Positions 52,971 through 64,000 of a DNA stretch of 64,000 nt are shown here, piece by piece; the first letter of the stretch is position 1; the number at the start of each line of letters is the position of its first letter. This DNA comes from Octopus bimaculoides. Its lineage: Eukaryota. The DNA lies in contig NC_068997.1 in the NCBI RefSeq assembly GCF_001194135.2, forward strand, positions 43,582,882 to 43,646,881, given 5' to 3'. The notes beneath the pieces are model-generated. The model was not told the DNA's origin, did no database searches, and saw only the letters and a list, made by a program, of their open reading frames with translations. A program made the position numbers and the translations under genes.

Positions 52971-53585
52971 CCCACCCTCTCTATATACACACACACACAC
53001 ACACACACATACATATACACACACTTGCATTGTTTGTTCATATAATTCCATATTTTCATGAGAGCATAGCTTGGATGGGAACTTGTTTGAGGCAGAATTT
53101 TATGGCTGACTAGTTTCCCTGCCACCAACCCTTACCTGTTTTTCAAGTAAGGGATTTTATTTTTTACTGGCCTTTGAAAGCACAGAGTGACCAGTTAAAA
53201 ATGTCAGCAAGGAATCCAAACATCTGTAGCATTTTGCTCAAACAATGACAAGCAAATCCATACAGACACTTACATTTCCCACTTATATATGCAAATATTA
53301 CACACACACACACACACACACTTCAATATATATTGGTGAAGAATGTAAAGAATGGTAAGAAAACTATGAAAAGTGGTGCACAATGAATAAAGTCCTTTGT
53401 GGTGTTTGTTTTACACTGAGTTACAGGCATCCCTTATCACCCTCCTTGTCAAAGATGCAGTGAACCGGTGACTGGGTCACAAAGAAACATGTATCCAATA
53501 ATGCTTAACAAACTGTTATAGAAAATAAATCAACCACTTAAATAGCATGCACACATTTATTTATGATGTGTGTGTTATTTTTTTT

Positions 53586-53950
53586 TTTATTAGTTTCAGT
53601 CATTTGACTACCGCCATGCTGGAGTACCACCTTTAGTCGAACAAATCAACCCCAGGACTTATTCTTTGTAAGCCTAGTACTTATTCTATCAGTATCTTTT
53701 ACCGAACTGCTAAGTTACGGGGGACACAAACAAACCGGCATCGGTTGTCAAGTGATGGTGGGGGGCACAAACACACACATATATACGACAGGCTTCTTTC
53801 AGTTTCTGTCTACCAAATCTACTCACAAGGCTTTGATCGGCCCAATGCTATAGTAGAAGACACTCACCCAAGGTGTCACGCAGAGGGACTGAACCCAGAA
53901 CCATGTGGGTGGGAAGCAAGCTACTTACCTCACATCCACTACTGCGCCTG
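53586..53950 (-). mobile_element. SINE family A
   Basis: Reverse-complement tail, body and head. Confidence 0.85.
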
Positions 53951-54769
53951 TGTGTATATTCTTTTACTTGCTTTGGTAATTGAATCGTGGCTATAGAAAG
54001 ACACTCACGAAGGATTAAATCAATCAATCTGATCCTAGCACTAATTTTAAATCTGCTACCCTTCTTCCATCACTCTCCTTTTGCTGAACTGCTAAGTTAC
54101 AGGGTCAAAAACAAATCAATACCAGTTGGCAAATGGTTGAGAGACAAACGCAAATACATGCAGACACATACGTACACACATGAGTTTATCTCGAGCAAGA
54201 GAAAAAGTACTCAATACATATGTATTGTACATGGTATAGAATATAATTATATTTATTCAGCTGATAAAATGAGTGTGTTGATATTTGTTTGTGCACTTGA
54301 TATGACTGAGTGCATGTGTATGTGAGAGGGAGCATGTGTATGTATGTGGGTATTCACATGCTGATATCTATGTGTATGATGATAAATGATAGTTTATTAT
54401 GTGTGTGTGTGTGTGTGTGTATATATATACAGGTCCTCATTCCAGAGAAGCAGATCAAGACACTTGGAATGACACAATGAGACTAAACTGAAGAATATGA
54501 AGTAGTTTACTAAGTCTAAACCGGGCCAGGTAAATCGGAGGACTTCTGTAGTTGGTTGGCGATGAGGTGGTGGTAGTAGTTACTGTAATGAGAGGGTGGT
54601 GGAAGGGGGATAGGAGGTGTCACTGACCGTGAGAGTGGAGGAATGGGAGTAAGACTGCAGGGTGGGGTGGGGGAGATTTGATGGGAGTGTAGGGCATGAG
54701 AAGTGCTAAAAGGATTGTGGATGTTGGATGTTGGGTGAGGGATAGAAGCCGATGTATTATAAAGAGGTG

Positions 54770-55227
54770 TTAAAATAGAGAAAGCGAGATGGGCAGAGAG
54801 AGACGGAGTGACAAGTAGGAAGAGAGAGAGGTGGATAGAGAAAGAGACAGGACACAGAGATTGATAGAGACAAAGCAAAGAGAGAAGTGGTTATAAAGAA
54901 GACAGAGAAGAACAATGAGAATGTATAGTAGCTGCAAAAAAAGAGAAAGAAAGAGATGGAGGGAGAAAGACAGAAAGAAGGAAAGAAATAGTGAGAAAGC
55001 TGGTATGAGTGATTGAGAGGGGAGCCAGAGAAAGATAGAATGAGGAAGACTGAGATTTAGAAAAGGATAACTGCAAAGTAGGTGCATGTATGTGTGTGTG
55101 AGTGTGTTTGGAGAGAGAGAGAGAGAGAGAGAGGAATAGAATAAGAGGAGGGGAGTAAGTTTAGAGATAGATGGAGGACAAGGGAATGGAAAAGGACCAT
55201 TATATATAAATGTGTGCGCGTGCGTGA

Positions 55228-55267
<40 letters not shown>

Positions 55268-55480
55268 ATATACACACAAACACACACACACACACATATA
55301 CAAAGAGAAAGATAGTGGGGATGGGAGAGGAGAAGACCTGGATAGTGTGGGAATGGGAGTGAAGTGGATAGACAGACAGGTAGACAGACAAAGAGGGGGA
55401 AGTATACAGGAGGGAGTTTCTTAGCAGGTAAGGAAAGAAAAAAAAAGAAGCGAGCAAGGAAAAAGAAAAAAAAGCAAAAA
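54770..55480 (+). repeat. Long purine-rich (GA) low-complexity tract with embedded (AT)/(CA) runs
   Basis: Composition is directly visible; a similar shorter tract lies at 33040-33340. Confidence 0.8.
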
Positions 55481-56017
55481 AAAGCATGTGTTGCTCTGTA
55501 GTAGTGTGGGCGAAGCCATCCATGCAGAGGCAGAGAGCCTAGGTCTGTTTAAGTGTAGGGATTTTCATATGACACAACAACAACAACATGAACACTATGA
55601 GTGTCCTGTGAAATATTACCAACGGGAACTGTTTTACCCCCTTAATTAATAATTTGGAATGGATTTTAAGTAAGTAATTCATATTTAATGATTATAATCC
55701 TGTCCCACAATTTTTTCACTCACTCTCCCCCTCTCTCTTTTTCACTATTTCTTTTTTTTTCTCAACTAATTACACTGGGAAGTTACTTTCCGTATTCCGC
55801 CTGATATTTGATTTTTTCAGAACATCATTAAAAAAAAAAAAAAAAAAATTTCTGCTGGAATTTGTTGTCACTCTTCACAGAGTTCAAATCTCACTGAGGA
55901 CAACTTTGCCTTTATCCTTTCGCTGTCAATAAAACAAATTACTGGTCAAATACTAACATTGTTGGCATCTCCTAACTCTTCCCTTAAAAGTACTGGCCTT
56001 CTGCCTAAATCAAAACC

Positions 56018-56050
<33 letters not shown>

Positions 56051-57369
56051 CATTATTATTGTTGTTGTTGTTGTTATTATTATTAAGGTGAGGAGCTGGC
56101 AGAATCATTAGCATGGCAGGTGAAAGGCTTAGTAGCATTGAAGCTGTCTTTACTTCAAATTCCGCAGCGGTTGATTTTGCCTTTCATCCTTTTGGGGTCG
56201 ATAATATAAGTACCAGTGAAACACAGGGGTCAATGTAATTGACTGGTTCCCTCCCCCAAAATATCAGGCTTTGTGCCTATAGTAGAAAGGATTATTATCA
56301 TTGTGTTCCACTCGGGTTGACTTTGCCCTTCATCCTTTCAGGGTTGATAAAATATGTACAAGTTGAGCACTGGGGTTGCTGTAGTTAATTTACCCGCCCC
56401 TAAAATTGCTGGCCTTGTGCCAAAATTTAAAACCACCACCATCATCATCATCATCATCATCATTATAATGTTTTGTCATTATTGTTTGGGTGTTTGACAA
56501 AATACTTTGTGGAATTTGTTTTGTATATTCTGAGTTCAAATGCTACGCAGGCCAACTTTCCTTTCCATCCTTGCAGGATTGATAAAATATGTACCCTGCC
56601 CTTCCCCGTCAAATACCAGGATTGATTTAATTGACTAAACTTATTCCTTAAATTTTTGGCCTTGTGGCTGGCTATGCTAGAAGTCATTACTATAATTATT
56701 ATAATGCATTGTCAGAATTATTGTTCTGCTTTGTTATTTTCTGAGTTCAAATCACACCAAAATCACAGTTGATAAATTAAACAACAATCAATTTGCCTTT
56801 TTTCTCACCCCATCCACTAAATTTCTGTCCTCACACCAATGTATAAAATCATCATCGAATAGCATCCAATCACTTCTGTTCCCCGACAACAATTTGTTAT
56901 TTTTCTTCCTGTCTGTATGTCTCTCTCTTATCGTAAACAAGTGTTTTGTGTTTTTTTGCAACACCTTCAAGTTTACAATACTAGGATGAAGAGACATTCC
57001 ATTTCTTACTGTATTATTTATACCATAACTGTAGATGATTTGAGCAAGAAAATTTCCCTTTCAAACAGCCTGGAGTATAAGAGAGGTTGTATCTACTTAT
57101 TATGAATGAAAACATCTATTTCTTTCTATTTTATTATAACTCACTCTAACTTCAACTTCTTTTGGCAGTGATTTAACTCTTTTACACTCTACAGCTGATG
57201 GCAGGCAGTAATGTTTACTGGAAACTATTGCTGCTACTACTACTTGTCAATCAGAGTCTCTCTACATAGTCTCATTGTGCTAGAAGTAGCAGCCAAATCT
57301 TCATTATTATGCTTTACTATCTTAAAAATAAAAATAAAGAGAGGGAGAAAAATTGGATAATGTAATTCT

Positions 57370-57780
57370 AGGCACAGACATGGCTGTGTGGTTAAGCTTG
57401 TTTTGCAGTCATTCGGTTTCAGGTTCGGTCCCATTGCGCAGTACTTTGAGCAAATGTCTTCTGCTATAGCCCTGGGACAACCAATGCTTTTTAAGTGAAT
57501 TTGGTAGGTGGAAACTGTGTGAAAGCCCATCATATATATATATATATATGTGTGTGTGTATGTGAATCTTTGTTTATTTTCCCTCCACCACTGCTTGACA
57601 ACTGTTGTTGGTTTGTTTACATACCTGTAACTTAGCAGTTTGGCAAAAGGGCCCAGTGGAAAAAGTAGCAGATTTAAAATTAAGTACAAGAGTATTAGAG
57701 TTGATTTGCTCAACTAAAACTCTTCAAGGCAGTGCTCCAGTGTGGTCGTAGTCCAATGACTGAAACAAGTAAAGGATAGC
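57370..57780 (+). mobile_element. SINE family A, diverged
   Basis: Family A head, body and tail. Confidence 0.75.
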
Positions 57781-58884
57781 CGATAAATACATTCCAGTAC
57801 ATATAGGATGGCCACTTCTGGAATGTCTCTGACCTCAGACTAAACAATTCCAACCTTTGTTATCATTATTAGTACCACTGTGTAAGGTGACACGCTGGCA
57901 GAATCATTAGCACATCAGGCAAAGTGCTTAGCAGCATTTCATTTGCCTTTATGTTCTGAGTTCAAATTCTACCAAGGTTGACTTTGCCTCTCATCTTTTT
58001 GGGCAGGGGGTCAATAAAATAATTACCAGTTGAACCCTGGGGTTGATCTAACTAGTATTTCTCCCTTGAAATTGCTGGCCTTGTGCCAAAATTTGAAAGC
58101 ATTATTAATATTGCTGTATTACCAAAGACTAGGTCTTAAAATTTACATAACCTACAGACTAAACAATTGTTTCTTCTCTTTCTTATTTCAAGAGTTAGAG
58201 CCATATAGAGTTAACATAGTTTGTGTTGGATTCTATCATGATAAGACGAGGAAAAAAAAAAGCTATCTTCAAATGAGTGAGGGGGATTAAACATCTCAAG
58301 GGCACCTCTGATATTGTGTAACCAGCTAGAAATAGCAAACAAATTTACCTCAAATTACACCCTACCATTTTAAAGAAAGGAGAGGTACCCTGAATAATGT
58401 AGTTTTAGATGCATTATCCCTGGGATTGAGATGAAATGGTTATGGCTGAGACACAGGCTTTGTGATGATCCCGAATGGACTGTGGGCCTGCTCAATCAGA
58501 AGCAACCGGGGGTTTAGCAAAATCCAAAGGGGTAATACAAACCCATATGTTTGAGTAAATATAAAATTGAAAATTAACAAAATTACTTTCTGATTTTGGC
58601 ACAAGGCTAGCAACTTTAGTGGGGTGGGGGTTAATTACATATCAACCACAGTTTTTCAATTGATAACTAATTTTATCAACCCTGAAAGGATAAAAGGCAA
58701 AGTTGAGCTCAGTGAGATTTGAACTTGGAATTTAAATGGCCCCAAAAAATAGACAAAGTATGTTAAAGGCAAGACAGATAAGAGATAAGAATAGGGATAA
58801 GAATTCAACAATTTTCAATTAGACTTCGGAAAAATATCGTCCTGTGTAGGAGACCATCCCACTAATCACTGAACCACAGCCATC

Positions 58885-59105
58885 AACAAGGGAGTCTCTA
58901 TGTGGTTGTTTGGTCTGCTAGAAACAGCAACCAATCCTCAAATCACACTCTAGCATCTTAAAAAGGGAAAAGGCAAAAGGAACATTTGATGATGCAGTCT
59001 GACATACAAACATTATGTTTGAATAAAATATAGGATGGTCAGAACTAGAATAACTTTCCTCTAGAATTTATTTGATCAGGGTTGACTTGAGCAACAATAA
59101 CAACA
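58885..59105 (-). mobile_element. Old ~220-250-bp interspersed repeat (family C), representative copy
   Basis: Shared motifs gtttagccccaggtca, tgatcaaaggcattcc and gatttggctgctatttctagc. Also at about 23390, 25710, 29310, 30405, 31255, 39995, 44020, 45880, 52090 and 63060. Confidence 0.6.
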
Positions 59106-59358
59106 ACAAAAGCAACTGGAACAAATATATATTTTTTTAATCTTTTATTAGTTTCAGTCACTGGACTGTGGCCATGCTGGGACACCATCTTGTAAGATTT
59201 AGTCAAACAAATCGACCCCAGAACTTCATTTTTTTTCTAAGTCCGGTACATATTCTAATGGTCTCTTTTGCCAAATCTTTAAGTCATGAGAACATAAGCA
59301 AACCAATACCAGCTGTCAAGTGGTGGGTGAGGCAAACACAAAGATAGACACATATATA

Positions 59359-59573
59359 TGAGGGAGTGCGGAAAAATTGCTGGCTTTGAGGGCCTCACGA
59401 AAGGCCTGGTTGGAGGCCCAAAGTTCTGAGTTCTTTTACAAGGCTTAGAAAAACTGAAGGACCACTGCAATAAGTGCGTGAATCTGAGAAGAATATGCTG
59501 ATTAAAATCATAATTAACTGATCCTCCGGTATTTTCTTTTACCCAAAGCCAGGAACTTTTCAGCACCTCCTCT
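59359..59573 (+). mobile_element. Internally deleted mariner (non-autonomous)
   Basis: TA|TGAGGGAGTGCGGAAAAATTGCTGGCTTTG versus reverse complement TA|AGAGGAGGTGCTGAAAAGTTCCTGGCTTTG. Retains a remnant of the transposase C-terminus. Confidence 0.8.
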
Positions 59574-60117
59574 TAAACACAACAGGCTTCCACACAGTTT
59601 CCGTCTACCAAATTTACTCAAAAGACATTGGTCAGCTCAGGGATATTGCAGAAGACACTTAGCTAATTTGTTATGCAGTAAGACTAAAAATCCCAAATTA
59701 TGTAGTTGCAAAGCAGGCTTTTTGACTACATAGCCATGCTTGCTCCTATAGTTACATGTGTGCCCTGAATGCTGAGCAGTAAAGATATATACTACAATGA
59801 GATGAATCTGATATATATGAACATTTTCCAGAACTGGTGGCTCCGAGACTAAGCCTTGTGTCAAATCAGCTGATGAGTAAATCCTTCACCTTTAAGTAAA
59901 TATGATATATTTCATCATCATCGTCATCATCATTTTAACATCCACTTTTCTATGCTTGCATGGGTTGGACAGCATTTATTGTGGCAGATTTTCTATGGTC
60001 AGATGCCCTTTCTGTTGCTGAGCAAGATAATATTTTCCCTTGACCAGACATGTTTTTGCAGAATATTGGAAATGAATGCATTTATTTACAACAATATAGG
60101 TGCAGGTGTAGCTCTTA

Positions 60118-60529
60118 CAGGCACAGGCATGGCTGTGTGGTAAAAAGTTTGCTTCTCAACCACATGGTTCCGAGTTTAGTCTCACTGCATAGCACCTTGG
60201 GCAAGTATATTCTATTATAGTCTGAGGCCAGTCAGTCTTGAGTGGATTTGGTAGACAGAAACTGAAAGAAGCCCGTTGTATATATATATATATATGTCTG
60301 TGTGTGTGTGTGTGTCTTTGTCTCCCCCCCATCACCGCTTGACAACTGGTGTTGGTGTGTTTATGTACCTGTAACTTAGCAGTTTGGCAAAAGGGACCAA
60401 TAGAATAAGTACTAGGCTTAAGAAATAAGTCCTGGAGTCAATTTGTTTGACTAAAACCCCTTCAAGGCAGTGTTCCAGCATGGCAGCAGTCAAATGACAG
60501 AAACAAGTAAAGTAAAAGAATAAAAGAAT
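60118..60529 (+). mobile_element. SINE family A
   Basis: Family A head, microsatellite and tail. Confidence 0.85.
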
Positions 60530-60569
60530 CATGCAATGTCAGGACAAAAATGCACATGTGCACATACGG

Positions 60570-60875
60570 CAAGCTTTTTGCGGTCACTGTAAAAACTTCA
60601 ACCTAGATCAAAAAGTTAACAGAAGAAATGACAGATGGTTATGTGCAGACCCTTCTGAAGTTCCGAGTGTTATGCATACAAAATTTCCTGCAACTGTCAT
60701 GGTTTTAGGGCTTGTCAGCAATGAAGGACATGTGACACCTCCTTACTTCTTTCTGCAAGGCCTTAGAGTTAACTCTGCCACCTACATTGAGGTCCTGGAA
60801 ATAATTATTAAACCATGGATAGACAGTGTATGCAATGGAAGGCCATATGTGTTTCAGTAAGACTTTGCACTAAAG
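60570..60875 (+). mobile_element. Tc1/mariner-superfamily (maT/DD37D-like) transposase fragment
   Basis: KNFNLDQKVNRRNDRWLCADPSEVPSVMHTKFPATVMVLGLVSNEGHVTPPYFFLQGLRVNSATYIEVLEIIIKPWI...YVFQ*D. Confidence 0.8.
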
Positions 60876-60934
60876 TTATCTGTTATTATATATCTGTTTT
60901 TTTATAAACATAAATCTGTCCCTCAAATATCTTA

Positions 60935-61370
60935 TGCGTCTTGTATATAATACATCATTTGTACAATATGGAGAATGTACCACCAGCATTGCCCAAACGA
61001 CTTGAACATTAGTTTCAGAATTCATCCAAGGCCAGGACCACATGCCATGTTCCCTACACAATTCAGGATCACAAGACATAAATACAACTGCAACACAATC
61101 TCTTTCCCTCAACAGGCCCTGCCCTAGTTAACATTGTCCCAAAACAAATCAAAGAGGAAAAAGATCCCAACACCTTTAAGCAGAATCTGGACAAATTTCT
61201 TCAAAGGATACCAGATAAACCACCCATAACAAGATACAACTCACTCAACAAGAACTCCCTACTTGAATGAGCCATGATACCATAAAACTTGACTTAAAAA
61301 GGATTTAGCAAATTCTATCAGGTGGTGCTATTAAGTTAGACATGGCCTGGGCCAATCTTTGGTTGAAACA
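60935..61370 (+). mobile_element. CR1/Jockey-type LINE 3' end
   Basis: YIICTIWRMYHQHCPNDLNISFRIHPRPG and GPALVNIVPKQIKEEKDPNTFKQNLDKFLQRIPDKP..NSLL; truncated by gap. Confidence 0.8.
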
Positions 61371-61447
61371 NNNNNNNNNNNNNNNNNNNNNNNNNNNNNN
61401 NNNNNNNNNNNNNNNNNNNNNNNNNNNNNNNNNNNNNNNNNNNNNNN

Positions 61448-61486
<39 letters not shown>

Positions 61487-61489
<3 letters not shown>

Positions 61490-62813
61490 TGAACCGCAAA
61501 AGAAATGGGAGACTGTGAAATATGTTTTAATTTCATTATGCCTGAGATAAATTTTGATAAATCTGATAAAATCAATTTCTTGGATGCACTTTGACCACAG
61601 TCTATGGGTTGTTGTCATGTGTCCTGGTAGTGGGCAGATCCAGCACATTGAGTTTGTAGAGTGTGACATGTTCAATAATGTGTATGCCCTCCCTGGCCTT
61701 GGCACCACCTGGTTCAGCCATCTCTGGATTTCATCCCACAGTTGTTCAATTGGGTTCAAATCCAGGCTGAGAGCTGGCTATGGCATGGTTCTGATGTTGT
61801 GCTGACGCAAGAAGTCCATGGTGACCCTGGCCGTGTGTTTCTGCTGGAACACATGGCTATGCAGAAGGGCACGATGTGAGCCCTTAGGATCTGGTCAATG
61901 TAGCGCTGCGCTGTGATGCAATTCTCTCTGCCTGCACCAACATTTTGGAACACAAGGGGCCCAATTCTCTGATTCTGGCCTATAGCATCCCAAACCATGA
62001 TGTTTTGGCCACCCCACGCATCTCTCTCTGTGTCACATGCATCTCTGTAGCATTCACCCCTCCTGCTCCACCAACCTCCATTGTTGATGCCACCAATGTT
62101 GGTGCTGTGTAGCCCACTAAAGTCATGCCTGATGGTGGAAGGTGGTGAGGACAGGCCCTCAAGCAGGATGAGGGCAATGCAGGTTGTTGGCAGCCAGTTG
62201 ACATCGTACTGTGTCGTTGCTGATGGGTCGCTGTTCAGTGCCAATGGTCTTGTGAGCTTTCACGCTGGTCTGAAGTGATCACAGAAGTGTTGCAAGTGGA
62301 TGAAGCAGTCCTGCCTGGGTGTGGTCACCTGGGGGTGCCCTCTGCAGGCACAGTCTGCAGGGCTGTTGGTGTTGTTGTATCAGTGTTACAGGCAATAGAT
62401 GGTGCTGGTATGGACATTGTAAGCTTTTGCCATAATCAGGGCATGCTGCCCTGCTTGAACTTGGCCAATAGCTTGTTCTCTCTGCGCTGCTGGCAAAAAG
62501 GTCATACTGGATGCATCCAAATTATGAATGCCAGAAATACAGTTCAAGTTGATTTTTATACCCATGACCTCCACAAGATGCAAGTGTAGTTTGGTTTTCA
62601 TGACAATTGTTGACAACTACCACCCAAGGCATTCAACACAGCTGTGTTTTGGTGTCTCGTTTCAGGGAAAGTTGAAAGGTTACCTGCAGTTTGGGTCTCA
62701 GCCATAAACCATGTCTTGGAATATTTTACACTTACATCTCGGAAATAAATTTTCAGAGTTTACCATATAAAAATGACATTTGATAAAAATCGTTTTTCTT
62801 TTGTAATTCAGTA
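61487..62813 (-). mobile_element. Tc1-family transposon fossil with both TIRs and TA TSD
   Basis: TA|CATTGAACCGCAAAAGAAA versus reverse complement TA|TACTGAATTACAAAAGAAA. Frames give QREQAIGQVQAG..AKAYNVHTSTI (HTH), GGQNIMVWDAI, AQRYIDQIL and DLNPIEQLWDEI. Confidence 0.9.
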
Positions 62814-63560
62814 TATGAGGTTTTCTTTTTCTTTTTTTTTTTAGTAGTTTTTTTAGTTTTTATCTACCAAACCCTTGCATAAAACTTTGGTCAGTCCTGA
62901 GGTATAGAACAAGACACATGCCATAGGGTGTTACATAATGGGGTTGAACCTTAAACCATGTGGTTGGGAAGCAAGCTTCTTAACCACACAGACATGTCTG
63001 CATCTTAACAACCATGCCTCATGCCTCACTGCCATGCAACATCTATAAAGTAAATGTGTTGTAATTATTGTTGTTACTAAGCCCTGGGTTCAGACCTGAT
63101 CATTTTGTTGTATTTTTTCCTTTATCAAACACGCATTTAGAACTACACTATTTAGTATATCATCCCCTTTTTCTCTCATTTATTAAAGACAGAAAGGTAT
63201 ACAAGGGAGATGTGACCGTTGTTATTTCTAATGGATCGAAGAACCACAGAAAGGCTTCCTCACTGGCCCAGACTCATTTTACCAGTTTGTGTGTGTGTGT
63301 GTTGATTTGATAGATTTAATTTTAGGACAATTTCCTTAAAATTCCCATTAAGATGGTACAAGACAGGATGTAGTGGTGAGGGGCCAGACATACTGCTGGT
63401 CCAGATGTTTACATTATTATATACAACTGTTGCTCCAGTTACAACACCCATCCCTTATGCACTGATAAAATGAATAACTGACTTGGTGAGACTTCTATCT
63501 TCATCTTTTCTGCTTTTCAAAAAGGTTTAATCTCTGTTCATCCCTAGCTGCTACTGCTAT

Positions 63561-63595
<35 letters not shown>

Positions 63596-64000
63596 CAGTG
63601 TTTATGTAGATGCTCTCATTAAACTTGTATTTCATGCTGGGTACTTCCCAACACTAAATAGAACAAAGAAGCACAGAGAGATGAAGAGACAGTATCTGCT
63701 GCAGTGATAACACAAAAACCAAACTGTGAGATTACTGCAGAGGTTCAGTCCTGCATGGATGACTTAGGCACTGAGTTTAAAAAAAAAAAAATTTTTAAGG
63801 TTTTAATTTCATTTGTACTTGTTAGAGTCATTGGACTGCAACCATGCTGAGGATAATGCCTTGAAGGGATTAACTGAACAAATCAACCTCAGTACTTATT
63901 TTTCTTTTAAGGACTAGTGCTTATTCTATTGTTCACTTTTGTTGAACAGCTAGGTTATGAGGATGTAAACATTTGATATATATATATATATATATATATA

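Overview
Eukaryotic, AT-rich, microsatellite-rich non-coding DNA with eight N gaps. The repeat families look like those of an octopus/cephalopod genome (inference from recognised repeat sequence; not verified). I cannot support any intact protein-coding gene, rRNA, tRNA gene or CRISPR array. Nearly all ORFs in the supplied track are translations of (AT)n/(CA)n/(CAT)n microsatellites, SINEs or N-runs. The window is dense with transposon remains: at least three tRNA-headed SINE families (one with more than 20 copies and a central microsatellite), RTE- and CR1-type LINE 3' remnants, a decayed L1/Tx1-like ORF1, two TIR-bounded Tc1 (DD34E-type) fossils, mariner and maT-like fragments, hAT and TTAA/piggyBac-like MITEs, two Helentron-like non-autonomous elements, Penelope-like scraps and an almost G-free 45/33-bp minisatellite. 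The best unexpected signal is a minimal type I hammerhead ribozyme on the minus strand at 47280-47323, with the full core, all three stems and a palindromic stem III. It lies in a ~300-bp interspersed element with a second, gap-truncated relative at 40296-40520, making it a candidate retrozyme or ribozyme-bearing SINE-like family.
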